Positions 12,488 to 26,329 of a stretch of 64,000 nt of DNA are shown here, piece after piece. Within the stretch, counting starts at the first letter, position 1, and every line of letters begins with the position of its first letter. Origin of the DNA: Mobula hypostoma (Eukaryota); the NCBI RefSeq assembly GCF_963921235.1, contig NC_086108.1, positions 111,044,001 to 111,108,000 of the forward strand. Direction: 5' to 3'. The position numbers and the translations under genes are program-made. The notes below the pieces were generated by a model. It was given only the letters and a program-made list of their open reading frames with translations, did no database searches and was not told the origin of the DNA.

Positions 12488-14113
12488 GTGAAAATTACGA
12501 CTGAGAAGGTGCTCAGGAAGCTTAATGGTCTGAGGGTGGATAAATCTCCTGGACCTGATGGAATGCACCCTCAGGTTCTGAAGGAAGTAGCTGGAGAGAT
12601 TGCAGAGGCATTAAGAATGATCTTTCAAGAATTGATAGATTCTGGCATTGTACCGGATGACTGGAAAATTGCAAATGTTACTCCACTGTTTAAGGGTGGA
12701 AGGTAGCAGAAAGAAAACTATAGACCTGTTAGCCTGATATCAGTGGTTGGGAAGTTGTTAGAATCGATTGTTGGGGTTGAGATTACGGGGCACCTGGAGG
12801 CACATGACAAGATAGCCCAAAGCCAGCATGGTTTCCTGAAAGGAAAATCCTGCCTGATGAACCTACTGCAATTTTTTGAGGAAATTACAAGCAGGGTAGA
12901 CAAAGGAGATGCAGTAGATGTGGTGTACTTGAATTTTCAAAAAACCTTTGACAAGGTGCCACACATGAGTCTGCTTAGCAAGATAAGAGCCCATGGCATT
13001 ACAGGGGAGTTACTAGCATGGGTGGAGCATTAGCTGATCGGCAGAAAACAGAAATTTGGAATAAACAGATCCCATTCTGGCTGGCTGCCAGTTACCAGTG
13101 GAGTTCCAGAGGGGTCGGTGTTGGGACTGCTGCTTTTTACACGTATGTCAATGATTTGGACTCTGGGGTGAATGGATTTGTGGCTAAATTTGCTGATGAT
13201 ACAAAGATAGATGGAGGAGCGGGTAGTGTTGAGGAAACAGGGACCCTACAGAGAGACTTTGATAGTTTAGGGGAATGAGCAAAGAAGTGGCAAATGAAAT
13301 ACAATGTTGGAAAGTGTATGGTCATGCACTTTGATGGGAGAAATAAACAGGCAGACTATTATTTAGATGGGGAGAGAACTCAAAATGCAGAGATGCAAAA
13401 GGACTTGGGAGTCCTTGTGAAGGATACCCTAAAGGTTAACCTCCAGGTCGAGTCGGTGGTGAAGAAGGCGAATGCAATGTTGGCATTCATTTCTAGAGAC
13501 ATAGAATATAAGAGCAGGGATGTGATGTTGATGTTCTATAAGGCACTTGTGAGACCACACTTGGAGTATTGTGTGTAGTTTTGGGCTCCTTATTTTAGGA
13601 AGGATATACTGACATTGGAGAAGGTTCGGAGAAGATTCATGAGAAAGATTCCAGGAATGAGAGGGTTACTATATGAGGAACGTCTGGCAGCTCTTGGGCT
13701 GTATTCCCTGGAGTTCAGAAGAATGAGGGGTGGATCTCATAGAAACATTCCAAATGTTAAAAGGCCTGAATTAGATATGGCAAAGTTATTTTTCATGGTA
13801 GGGGAGTCTAGGACAAGAGGGCACAAATTCAGGATTGAAGGACGTCCATTTAGAACTGAGATGCGGAGAAATTACTTTGGTCAGAGGGTGGTAAATCTGT
13901 GGAATTTGTTGCCACGAGCGGCTGCAGAGGTCAAGTCATTGGGTGCATTTAAGGCAGAGATAGATAGGTTCTTGATTAGCCAGGGCATCAAAGGGTATGG
14001 GGAGAAGGCAGGGGAGTGGGGATGACTGGAAGAATTGGATCAGCCCATGATTGAAAGGTGGAGCAGACACGATGGGCCGAATGGCCTACTTCTGCTCCTA
14101 TATCTTATGGTCT
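12488..14113 (+). mobile_element. 5'-truncated CR1 LINE, RT region with stops and frameshifts
   Basis: Consecutive ORFs 12488-14025 (KSPGPDG, QHGF, FADD, RPHLEYC) and TCTTATGG tail. Confidence 0.92.
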
Positions 14114-14699
14114 AACACAGTACAAATAACTTACGCACACAACACAAATAATATTACCACAAATTAATTAACAAATAATATGGTGCCTATTCGATACAAG
14201 TTAAAAGGTAAACAGTATAATGCTTCTGGAACTTCATACATGATGAGACCAGGGTAGTGGCAGGGAGTTCAGTAGTCTCACAAACCTGGAGGAAGAAGCT
14301 GTTTCCCATCCTAACAGTTTTTTGCCAAAACAGTCCTGCACTGCTGAATTTGTTCCTTCTGGCCAGGTCTTTATTTCCCTTTAAACTAGCCTGACTCGTT
14401 TAATTAGTGGCCAGTAGACGTGAATAAGTATAACAGACAAGTGGTCAGAGAAACTGCAGAGAGTTAAGGTCACAGCTCTTCACAGAAACCAGCCTCCACT
14501 CCACGGACTCTGCCTACACTTCTCACTGCCTCGGTAAAGCAGCTAGCATTCTGGCTGATCAAAGACCCCACACACCTAGGACCTGGGGAGTACTTGTGCA
14601 GGATTCCCTCAAGGTTAATTGTAGGCTGTGTCAGTGGTCTGTCTAGGTACCATATCCAATGCGGACGTTGGTGACCATGGTTTTCCATACAGATCTATC

Positions 14700-15026
14700 C
14701 CTCGTTCTTTAGATGACTTCCATTTCCTCGAAGTGTAACCACCTGGCTAGGCTTTTGATGTACATAAGCCGAGGTCTTCCTCTAGGTTTGCTCCCCTCGA
14801 TCTTTCCAGAGAGTATGAGTTTTTCTAGTTCATCTTTCCGCATGATGTGTCCTAGGAATCTGAGTTGTCTTTCTCTTATTGTTGGTATGAGTGATCGAAC
14901 TGCTTGGGCTCTTCTGAGAACTTCTTCATTTGATGTGTGTGTGGTCCATGATATTCTTAACATTCTCCTGTAGAACCAAAATTCAGCTGCTTCTAGTCTC
15001 TTCTCCATTGCTGGGGAAATGGTCCA
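14700..15026 (-). mobile_element. RTE-clade LINE, RT C-terminal fragment
   Basis: ORF 14709-15008: LEAAEFWFYRRMLRISW...NEEVL...RQLRFLGHIMR...GRPR. Confidence 0.85.
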
Positions 15027-15934
15027 GTGGTAGGGAAGGAAAATGCAACATTAGCATTCATTTTGAGAGGACTAGCATATAAGAGCAAGGGTGAAATACT
15101 GAGGCTTTATAAAGCACCGGTCAGACCACACTTGGAGCAGTCTTGAGCCCCTTATCCAAGAGAAGGTGTGCTGGCATTGGTGAGGGTGCAGAGGAGATTC
15201 ATGAGAATGATTCTGGGAATGAAATATGAGTATTCGATGGCTCTGGGCCTGTACTCACTGGAGCGTGCAAGTATGAGGTGGGGTGGGAGAATCTCATTGA
15301 AACCTATGGGATAATGAATCTGTGGAATTTATTGCCACAGACAGCGGTGGAGGTCTAGTCATTGAGTATATTTAAAATGGAGGTTGATCAGATCTTGATT
15401 AGTAAAGGTGTCAAAAAGATCACAGGGAGAAGGCAGGAGAATGGAGCAATGCAATGGCAGGGCACACTTGATGGGCCGAATGACTTAATTATTCTCTGTT
15501 GTCTAATGATCTTGCTGTCAGCAAGAAGGGTGAATGCTGACACCAGCCCCAACTGCAAAGCATGATCCATCACAAAACCCCACAAACTCCTCAAACATCT
15601 CAAACTACCATAAACCCCAAACCATTCTGAGCCCCTAATACATCTCGAACCAACCCAGTGTCACCTGTTGCTCCTAATGTCCCCCTTCCCTTAAAAGGAA
15701 ATTTAATCCAGATCCTATCACGATCATTATCACGACCGCTCTGTCAGACAGGTACCTTCCCCTGGGAATCAGGCCCTCATGCCTCAAATCAAACTCAACC
15801 AGCTATCAAACAAGACAACAGCAATGCAAAGAATCGGTCAGAATCTGAAGTTTCATATCAAATATTGTGAAATCTGTTGTTTTGTGGCAACAGTACATTA
15901 CAATACATAATAAAAAAACTATGATGATAGGCAC

Positions 15935-16500
15935 ACACATACTTTATACTATATTGTCACCAAACAATTGATACTAGTATGCACAATCATCACAGCGATA
16001 TTTGATTCTGCGCTTCACACTCCCTGGAGTACAAATCGATAGTAAATATTAAAAATTTAAATTATAAATCATAAATAGAAAATAGAAAAATGGAAAGTAA
16101 GGTAGTGCAAAAAAACCGAGAGGCAGGTCCGGATATTTGGAGGGTACGGCCCAGATCCGGGTCAGGATCTGTTCAGCAGTCTTATCACAGTTGGAAAGAA
16201 GCTGTTCCCAAATCTGGCCGTACAAGTCTTCAAGCTCCTGAGCCTTCTCTCGGAGGGAAGAAGGATGAAAAGTGTGTTGGCTGGATGATGGGTCGTGTCC
16301 TTGATTATCCTGGCAGCACTGCTCCGACAGCGTGCGGTGTAAAGTGAGTCCAAGGACGGAAGATTGGTTTGTGTGATGTGCTGCGCCGTGTTCACGATCT
16401 TCTGCAGCTTCTTTCGGTCTTGGACAGGACAACTTCCATACCAGGTTGTGATACACCCCAGAAGAATGCTTTCTACAGTGCATCTATAAAAATTAGTGAC
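15935..16500 (-). mobile_element. Rex1/Babar-type LINE 3' fragment (second fragment at about 20165-20415)
   Basis: ORFs 16162-16395 and 20134-20505 (QRLYFLRKLKKF, FYRCTVESIL, SFFPTVIRLLN). The two copies are nearly identical where they overlap. Confidence 0.8.
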
Positions 16501-17717
16501 ATATATAATAAATTAAATAGGTAGTGCAAAAAGAGAAAAACATGAGGTAGTGTTTATGGGTTTACTGTCCATTCAAAAATCTGATGAAGGGGAAGAAGCT
16601 GTTCCTGAAACATTGAGATTTTTTTTTTGACATCTTAAAATGAAGTTGCTTACCCATGGCTGTGACTGTGGATTTCAGATGTAGTGGTCCTAAACAGGAA
16701 TGTTTGATGATTCCCATTGGAGCTGCACCCAAAGGGTCACCACTTATTGGAGCCATCTTAACGACCACTTTATGGGATCATAAATGCCACGAGATGAGGC
16801 ACAGAGCCTCAGCAAAGACACAAACACAAGAGGGGCTGGTGCTCGCGTTGCAGTAGCGTCACGCTGACCGACCGCAATGCCATCCTCTCATTGCCTGAGA
16901 GGAGCTGCCAGTGTGATGGTCTACCACAGCTTTCTCACACACAAGCAACTGAACTGAACTAAAGTGAACGTTCCTAAAGTGTTTCAATGACTCTGTGGTT
17001 TGACGTTTTATATTTTGTGGGGTTTTTTTTGCTCAATTTTTGTCATTTGTGCGATTTGTTTTTAATTGCACATTGGGTACTTGATGTTTTCCACGGTGTT
17101 TCTTTGTTTCGTGACTGTCTGTGGGAAGGTGAATCTCAGGGTTTATACTGCTTACACACTTCGATAATGGATGTACTTGAATCTGGACCATTCCCCCACT
17201 AAGCCCAATTCATGTTGAAGCTAGGGTCTCCCTCCTCCTCTCTTTCTGTGATCACTGGATTCAAGCACAATGTTCTCCTGAGGGGTTACCTATTGGTGGG
17301 TCCTCAGGTGGCTGTAGAAGCCGATCTGAGATCCATATATTCTGCGGCAGTGTGGGCAAGAGTAAATGGTGTCTGTCGTTAGTGGTTGGGTCTTTTGGTT
17401 GTTCACCCTCGCCTTTCATAGTTGCCACTTGTTCTCTGTGCACAGCGGAGGTCTCTCTCATGTAGCACAGATCCCTCTTGAACAGATTTCCTCCAGGTCT
17501 ATCTACGCAGAGATGAGGACAAATATTTAACACCTTCAATGTGTAAATAACCTGACTTAAAGAAAAATAAACATTAGCTTTAATCGCCACATGTACATTG
17601 AAGCATTCAGTGAACGTGTCACCTGTGTCGATGACCACAGTCTGAGGATGTGCTGGGGGTAGCCCGCAAGTGTCACAAAGCTTCCGGTGTCAACACAGCA
17701 TACCTACAACCATCTGC

Positions 17718-18767
17718 CTTTTCAGAATGGCAGGCGGTGACTAGTGGGGTACCGCAAGGCTCAGTGCTGGGACCCCAGTTGTTTACAATATATATTAATG
17801 ACTTGGATGAGGGAATTAAATGCAGCATCTCCAAGTTTGCGGATGACACGAAGCTGGGTGGCAGTGTTAGCAGTGAGGAGGATGCTAAGAGGATGCAGGG
17901 TGACTTGGATAGGTTGGGTGAGTGGGCAAACTCATGGCAGATGCAATTTAATGTGGATAAATGTGAAGTTATCCACTTTGGTGGCAAAAATAGGAAAACA
18001 GATTATTATCTGAATGGTGGCCGATTAGGAAAAGGGGAGGTGCAACGAGACCTGGGTGTCATTATACACCAGTCATTGAAAGTGGGCATGCAGGTACAGC
18101 AGGTGGTGAAAAAGGCGAACGGTATGCTGGCACTTATAGCGAGAGGATTCGAGTACAGGAGCAGGGAGGTACTACTGCAGTTGTACAAGGCCTTGGTGAG
18201 ACCACACCTGGAGTATTGTGTGCAGTTTTGGTCCCCTAATCTGAGGAAAGACATCTTTGCCATAGAGGGAGTACAAAGAAGGTTCACCAGATTGATTCCT
18301 GGGATGGCAGGTCTTTCATATGAAGAAAGACTGGATGAACTGGGCTTGTACTCGTTGGAATTTAGAAGATTGAGGGGGGATCTGATTGAAACGTATAAGA
18401 TCCTAAAGGGATTGGACAGGCTAGATGCGGGAAGATTGTTCCCGATGTTCGGGAGGTCCAGAACGAGGGGTCACAGTTTGAGGATAGAGGGGAAGCCTTT
18501 TAGGACCGAGATTAGGAAAAACTTCTTCACACAGAGAGTGGTGAATCTGTGGAATTCTCTGCCACAGCAAACTGTTGAGGCCAGTTCATTAGCTATGTTT
18601 AAAAGGAAGTTAGATATGGCCCTTGTGGCTACAGGGGTCAGGGGGTATGGAGGGAAGGCTGGGTTCTGAGTTGGATGATCAGCCATGATCATAATAAATG
18701 GCGGTGCAGGCTCGAAGGGCCGAATGGCCTACTCCTGCACCTATTTTCTATGTTTCTATGTTTCTAT
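17718..18767 (+). mobile_element. Young 5'-truncated CR1 copy
   Basis: Uninterrupted RT C-terminal ORF (17650-18669) and (TTTCTATG)n tail. Near-identical to 42535-43581. Confidence 0.95.
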
Positions 18768-19052
18768 CACAACTTAGTAACACTAAGCTGTACGTCTTTG
18801 GAATACGGGAGGAAACCAGAGCATCCGGAGGAAGCACACACGGTCACTGGGAGGGCGTACGAACTCCTTACATAAAGTGGCAGCAACTGAACTTGTATTG
18901 CTGACGCTGTGATAACATTACAGTAACCACTGGGCTACCACGTGCCCCTTTCATTGCCTCATTGGAGTTGGCAGTGTAAAGGTCTAACAGCTTTCTCCAT
19001 CTGCCACTCCCTGATTTGAGCCTGAGGTCCCACACCAGCAGATTCAGGAACG

Positions 19053-19981
19053 TAGAAACATAGAAAATAGGTGCAGGAGTAGGCCATTCGGCCCTTCAAG
19101 CCTGCACCGCCATTTATTATGATCATGGCTGATCATCCAACTCAGAACCCTGCACCAGCCTTCCCTCCATACCCCCTGATCCCCGTAGCCACAAGGGCCA
19201 TATCTAACTCCCTCTTAAATATAGCCAATGAACCGGCCTCAACTGTTTCCTGTGGCAGAGAATTCCACAGATTCACCACTCTCTGTGTGAAGAAGTTTTT
19301 CCTAATCTCAGTCCTAAAAGGCTTCCCCTTTATCCTCAAACTGTGACCCCTCATTCTGGACTTCCCCAACATCGGGAACAATCTTCCTGCATCTAGCCTG
19401 TCCAATCCCTTTAGGATTTTATTCGTTTCAATCAGATCCCCCCTCAATCTTCTAAATTCCAACGAGTACAAGCCCAGTTCATCCAGTCTTTCTTCATATG
19501 AAAGTCCTGCCATCCCAGGAATCAATCTGGTGAACCTTCTTTGTACTCCCTCTATGGCAAGGATGTCTTTCCTCAGATTAGGGGACCAAAACTGCACACA
19601 ATACTCCAGGTGTGGTCTCACCAAGGCCTTGTACAACTGCAGTAGTACCTCCCTGCTCCTGTACTCGAATCCTCTCGCTATAAATGCCAGCATACCATTC
19701 GCCTTTTTCACCGCCTGCTGTACCTGCATGCCCACTTTCAATGACTGGTGTATAATGACACCCAGGTCTCGTTGCACCTCCCCTTTTCCTAATCGGCCAC
19801 TATTCAGATAATAATCTATTTTCCTATTTTTGCCACCAAAGTGGATAACTTCACATTTATCCACATTAAATTGCATCTGCCATGAATTTGCCCACTCACC
19901 CAACCTATCCAAGTCACCCTGCATACTCTTAGCATCCTCCTCACAGCTAACACTGCCGCCCAGCTTCATGTCATCCGCAAA
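19053..19981 (-). mobile_element. Young 5'-truncated CR1 copy, inverted relative to 17718-18767
   Basis: ORF 19142-19969, same family and tail. Confidence 0.95.
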
Positions 19982-20678
19982 CAGTTATTACTGCACAACC
20001 ATCGGGTTCCTGAACCAGAGAAGATAACTTCACTCACCTCAACCAGAACTGATCGCAGAACACAGCCGATGCACTCATTTGCAAGGAGTCTATGACTTGT
20101 CCTTAATACCATTTATCAGTATCAGAATCAGGTTTAATATCCCTGGCAGATGTCATGAAATTTAACTCTGCGTGCGGTGTAAAGTGAGTCCTCGGACGGA
20201 AGATTGGTTTGTGTGATGTGCTGCACCATGTTCACGATCTTCTGCAGCTTCTTTCGGTCTCGGACGGGACAACTTCCATACCAGGTTGTGATGCACCCTA
20301 GAAGAATGCTTTCTACGGTGCATCTATAAAAATTAGTGAGGGTTTTAGGGGACAGGCCAAATTTCTTTAGTTTTCTCAGGAAGTAAAGGCGCTGGTGGGC
20401 CTTCTTGGCAGTGAATATAAACAAGAAGTTGTTTCTGAATTGCTGAGTACGTGTTTTCAGGCTTCTGCCCCTATTTATACATTTTATTTTTTTTTGTATT
20501 TGCACAGTTTGACTTTTTTGAACAATAGTTGTTTGTCAGCCTTTGTATGTAGTTTTTCATTGATTCTATTGTATTTCTTGGTTCTACTGTGAACGCCTGC
20601 AAGGAAATGAATCTCAGGGTTGTACAGTCTATGGTGACAGATACACGTTGTACTTTGATCTTTTACATTGCATTTTGA

Positions 20679-20795
<117 letters not shown>

Positions 20796-21923
20796 TGAGA
20801 CCTTTCAGTGTCTTTCAACATAAAACATATGAACATTGAGCTGTAGAGCACAGTTCAGCTCTATGTTGTTGTTCTGATCTTTTAATCTACTCCAAGGTCA
20901 ATATAACCATTCCCTCCCACACAGCCCTCCATTTTTTATATTATTCACATGACTTTCTAAGAGTCTCTTCAATGTTTGTAACGTATTTGCCTCCACCACT
21001 GCCCATGGCAGGGCATTTCATTACACCACTCTGTAAAAAAAAAACCTACCTCTGATATGCCCCTGTATTTTCCTCTAATCACCTTACAATTGTGTCTTCT
21101 TTTATTAGCTACTGACACACTGGAAAAAAGTCTCAACCTGTCCACCTGATCTATGCCTCTTATCTTGACACCTTGGTCACGTCACCTTTCATCATCCTTC
21201 ATTCCAAAGAGAGAAGTCCAAGCTCACTCAACCTATCCTCATAGAACACCCTCTTATCCAGGCAGCATTCTGGTAAATCTTCTCTGCACATTCTGTAGCT
21301 TCCACATCCTTCCTATAATGAGGTGACCTGAACTGAACACCATATTCCAAGTGTGGTCTAGCCAGGGTTTTATGGAGCAGCTCTTGAACTCAATCACTTG
21401 ACAAATGAAGACCGACCTTCTTAACCACCCTATCAACTTGCGTGACAATTTTGAGGGATCTGTGGATGTGGATCCCAAGATTCCTTTGTTCCTCCATGCT
21501 GCTAAGAATCCTGCCGTTAACCCTGTACTCTGCCTTCAAACTTGATTTCTAAAGCTACGGTGTAGCAGTTAGTTCAATGCCATTACAGCTCGGGACACTG
21601 GAGTATGGAGTTCACTTCTGACACGATCTGTAAGGAGTTTGTAAATTCCTTCCCTGTGTGCGTGGGTTTCTTCTGCATGCTCTGGTTTCCTCCCACAGTC
21701 CAAAGACATGCCGGACATTTTGTAAGTTGGCCATCCTGTGATTAGGCTAGGATTTAATAGGTGGCTGCTGGCCAGAGCAGTTGTTTGGGCCAGAGGGACC
21801 TTTTCCACACTGTCTCTCTAAATAAATAATTTTCACAAGATTTCAATAAGATACCCCCTCTTTCAGATTAAACTACAATAACCAATTTAATGAATGTTGA
21901 TGGTTGCCATTTTTTCCTCCCAG

Positions 21924-22015
21924 CATTGAAAATACAATGCAGCTCCAGTAGCTATGACCTGCTGAAAGAAATTGGAGGTTACGTTCTGACCTGCCGTGGT
22001 CCACTCCTTGTGAAG
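21924..22015 (+). CDS. Guanylyl cyclase exon G
   Basis: TTTTTCCTCCCAG acceptor, GTATGG donor. Reads (A)LKIQCSSSSYDLLKEIGGYVLTCRGPLLVK. Confidence 0.92.
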
Positions 22016-22489
22016 GTATGGTTTGCCACCAAACTATCAGCCAACTTTCAATAGACTAGCTACAATTTTGGTGAGCTCGTTTACAAACCACTAGTCCACT
22101 TTACTCTGGCAGCAGAATGATTAAGTTACTGGAGCAGTAACCAGAGGCCAGGACTATCTCTCTGGAGACCCGGATTCAAATCCCACCATGTCAGCTGCCA
22201 ATTTAAGATTAATGAAATAATTCTGGGATCAAGAGAGCCTCATTACTTGTGAAAAAAAAAATCCAATTCTCTTGAGGGAGAAAGGAATCTACCCTCCTTA
22301 ACGTCAAAAAGTGACTCCAGACCAGACTGAGTGAAGAGGAATCCTCTCATATTCCCATTAAACTTTTCACCTTTCACCAAATTGGACTTTGTTGACATAT
22401 TTTTGACATCTCATTTTGAAAATATTTCCTTTACGTGTCAAACAAGTTAGTAATTATATAACTCCATCAAATCTCACCTCAATCTTCTA

Positions 22490-23105
22490 CTTACAGGCTA
22501 TTTCCAGCCATTTCACCCATGGCTGATCCAATCTTCCCCTCAGCTCCAGTCTCCTGCCTTCTCCCCATATCCCTTCATGCTCTGACCAATCCAGAATCTA
22601 TCAACCTCTTAAATATAAAAACTTGGCCTCCACATCTGCTTGTGGTAAAGAATTCCACAGATTCACCATTCTCTGGCTGAAGACTTTCCTTCTCAAGTCC
22701 GTTCTAAAAGGATGCCCCTCTATTCTGAGTCTGTGAACTCTGGTCTTAGATTCTCCCACTATAGGAAACAAGCTCTCCACATCCACTCTGTCAAGGGCTT
22801 TTAGCATTTGATAGGTTTCAATGAGGTCACCCCTCATTCTTCTGAATTCCAGTGAATACTGGCCCAGAGCCATCAAACACTCTTCATATGACAAGCTATT
22901 CAATCCTGGAATCATTTTCATGAACCTCCATTGAACCCTCTCCAGTTTCAGCACATCTAGTCCACTTGAAATGAATGCTAACACTGTGTTCGCCTTCCTC
23001 ACCAGACGCAAACCTGCGAATTAACCTTCAGCAAATCCTACACAAGGTCTCCCAAGTCCCTTTGCACCTCAGTTTTTTGTATTTCCTCTCCATTTAGAAA
23101 ACAGT
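22490..23105 (-). mobile_element. CR1 3' fragment
   Basis: ORF 22601-23011 with RGDLIETY and WNSLP motifs. Confidence 0.85.
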
Positions 23106-23685
23106 CATATGCAGAGGGAATTGAGCAAATTTAAAATGAAGTGTCAAAATATGTTAGTAAAATTCAATTTGGAATTAAGAAGCAAATTTCTTCCAAAGGT
23201 GAAAAGGAGTTTTGTATACATCCCTAGTTTCAGCTGAAGTCCAAGAAATAAATAGACTCAGCAGGTCAGGCAGCATGGCAGCATAGCAATTAGCATGGAT
23301 CCTATTCCGGCTTTCAGAGTTCAGAGTTCAGTTCTGGCGTCCTCTGCAGGAAAATTGGTATGCTCCTTCCTGTGTGCACACGGGTGTCCTCCCAAAGTCC
23401 ACAGATGTACCGGTTAGTAAGTTAAATGGTCTTTGTATAATTGTCCTGTGATTGGGCTAGGGTTAAATCTGGGATTACCGGGTGGTGTGGCTAGAAGGTT
23501 TGGAAGGGCCTATTCTGCACTGTATCTCTAAATTAATAATCTGAGGGAGTTGTTGGGAATGTGGGGAGAATGAAATGGGATTGGTGCAAGTGGGCAGCAC
23601 AGACTCAATGGGCTGAAAGCACTATTTCCATGCTGTATGCATCCGACTGAACCTTCATCACTGTGTGGTGTATTCTTCCTCTTAG

Positions 23686-23757
23686 GGGAAGGGAGAGATG
23701 ATTACCTGGTGGCTCAATGGGAAGGAAGGTGAGGAACCAGAGTCCCAGGCCGAGTAG
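23686..23757 (+). CDS. Guanylyl cyclase terminal coding exon H
   Basis: TTCCTCTTAG acceptor. Reads GKGEMITWWLNGKEGEEPESQAE* (GKG.M.T.WL motif), TAG at 23755-23757. Confidence 0.88.
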   Translation, partial: GKGEMITWWLNGKEGEEPESQAE

Positions 23758-24867
23758 AGACCAACCCCGTGATTCTGACCCAGTGCTGCTGCCTTTCCTC
23801 TCCAGAAGTTATCGGACTTCCCACCGAATGTTCTACAGCCACAGCCAAGAGAATTCTCAGAGTTAGTCCGTCCCATGTTTGGTGTTTGCCAGATGTCGAT
23901 CACAATTCTAGTTTTGACTCAGCACCTCACCCACACACAAGAATTAGGAGCAGAATTAGTCCATTCAGCCCATCAGGTTTGCTCTGACATTCCAACATGA
24001 CTGAGTCGATATCTCTCAATTCTATTCTCCTTCCTTCTCCCTGTAACATTGACACCCTGACTAATGGAGAACCTATCAACTTCTACTTTAAATATATCCA
24101 ATAACTTGGCCTCCACAGGCGTCTGAGGCAATGAATTTCAGATTTACCACCCTTTGTCTAAGGGAACGTCTCCTCATCTCTCTTCTAAAGGGACATCTCT
24201 CTGAAGGTGTGCCCTCTGGTCCAAGACTCACCCACATCTCCACATGCACTCTGTCTAGAGATTTCAATACTCAATAGGTTTCCCTGATCCCCCCCCACCT
24301 CATTCTTCTAAACTTCAGCGAGTACAGGCCTAGAGCCATCGAATACTCCTCATACTTCGACCCTTTCATTCCTGGAATCATTCTCGTGTACCTCCTCTGG
24401 GTCTTCTTCAATGCCAGCACATCAACAGCACAGACCACAGGAATGAGGTTGAGGGAGTCACTTATATCGTGGTTAAACCCTGCTGTGTAGTGAACTCCTA
24501 AACAGATACATGGACGAAACAGCTTTTCAGTGGCACAGAGCACATCTCACACCATTGTTTCAGTAATAGAATCATACAAGCAGTCGCTTTGGCCCATCTA
24601 GACCATGCTCAACTGTTATTCTGCCTAGGCCCACTGACCTGCACCTGGACCATAGTCCTCCACACCCCTCCCATCCATGCACATATCCAAGCTTCTCTTA
24701 AATGTTGAAATCAAACTCGCATTCACCTCTTCTGGCAGCTTGTTCCACACTCTCACCACCCTCTGAGTGAAGCTTCCCCCCCCCCGCCCGATGTCCCTTG
24801 AATATTTCAGCTTTCGCCCTTAACCTATGACCTCTGTTAATGTTGTATTCCTGGTCTTATACTGCAG

Positions 24868-24873
24868 AATAAA
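24868..24873 (+). terminator. Candidate poly(A) signal of the guanylyl cyclase gene
   Basis: First clear AATAAA seen after the stop, followed by CA and a GT/T-rich tract. Implies a ~1.1 kb 3' UTR containing antisense CR1 remnants. Confidence 0.4.
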
Positions 24874-24965
24874 GCTATATTCCACAATAATGTTATTTCA
24901 GGTTTCAGTTGTTCATCGACTTTGTATGCTCAGAGTACAAAGGGTCTGTGTGACACATCGTATAG

Positions 24966-25406
24966 CAGACATCCCACCCTGCAAAAACTCATTTCAGGGA
25001 CACTCCCGGGAGAGGTGGGATGTCTGCAATAGAGTAACTCCTTAGCAGCTGGCCAGCTAGTTTAAATAACGTTAGCTATGCTAATGAATGAATGACACCT
25101 GTTAAACTCACCTCAACATGTCTTCTACAGTCTTAACCCACCATGGGCAAGAGAAAAGTCACTGTTGCAAACAGTGCAGCGAGCAACACTGTCATTATTT
25201 TGACCCCTATTAGGCAGGGGTACACTTTAGTGTAGTCTGGGGTGACGTACGTTTTATATTTTTTTTGGAACACTCTGCCATGGTGCGCTTTCGCTCGGTC
25301 TCAAAAAAATTGATTTCTGTGATATCGTATATAATTTGCGGGCATCAGGGAGCCACTATTCATATGCGGGAGACTCCCGGAACGTCCGGGAGAGGTGGGA
25401 TGTCTG
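24966..25406. mobile_element. MITE-like element with 13-bp terminal inverted repeats
   Basis: CAGACATCCCACC at 24966-24978 and GGTGGGATGTCTG at 25394-25406, with an extra right-end copy at 25014-25026. Confidence 0.6.
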
Positions 25407-26329
25407 GTATATGATTGCAGGTGTTAAAGTCACCGAAGCAGGCTGCAGACCCAGCATACCTGCCCTTTACAAATCTCCCCTCCAGGGCTCCTGCTCTCCT
25501 ACCTACTGGCGAAGACCTTTCTGCCTTAGTCAGCCTGGCTACAAATCGATCCATCATCTTCCAGCCCTCTGAAAATATTAGACTAGAGCAAAAAAAATCC
25601 TATCATAGTGAGGGTGGTGGGGTGGGGGGAGCTTTGATGATCTAACATTGACCATAAGACTTAAGAGCAATGTGACCATGAATAACATCACTTCAACTTG
25701 GCATTCCTACTTATCTCCAGATTGCCTTTCACCCACCTAGTTTAACAACAAGTGATCTATTCACCCTTAAAAATATTCAATGTCACTGCTTCACCACTCT
25801 TTGAGGCACAGAGTTACAATGACCGAGGAAGAAAGAAATTTGTCTTTAATATATGACGACTTACACTCAGTGGCCACTTTATTAGGTACACCTGTACACC
25901 TGCTCATTAATACAAGTATCTAATCAGCCAATTGTGGCAGCAACTCAATGCATAAAAGCATGTAGACATGGGCAAGAGATTCAGTTCTTGTTCAGACCAA
26001 ACATCAGAATGAGGAAGAAATATGATCTAAGTGACTTTGACCTTGGAACGATTGTTGGATTGTTTGAGTATTTCAGAAGCTGCTTTTCACACACAACAAT
26101 CTCTAGAGTTTCCTGAGAACGGTGTGAAAAACAAAAATGTCCAGCGAGTGGCGGTTCCATGGACAAAAATATTTTGTTGCCGAGAAGAGATCTGATAAGA
26201 ATGGCGGGACTTGTTCAGTGACAGGAAGGTGTCAATAACTCAAATAACCATCTGTGCAGAAAAAGCATCTCTGAATGCACAAGATATCAACCCTTGAAGT
26301 GACGGGCAACAGTGGCAGAAAACCACAAA

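Noticed and set aside
22120..22330. tRNA-like B-box (GGATTCAAATCCC)
   Set aside because: No cloverleaf can be formed. It is more likely the head of an old tRNA-derived SINE than a tRNA gene.
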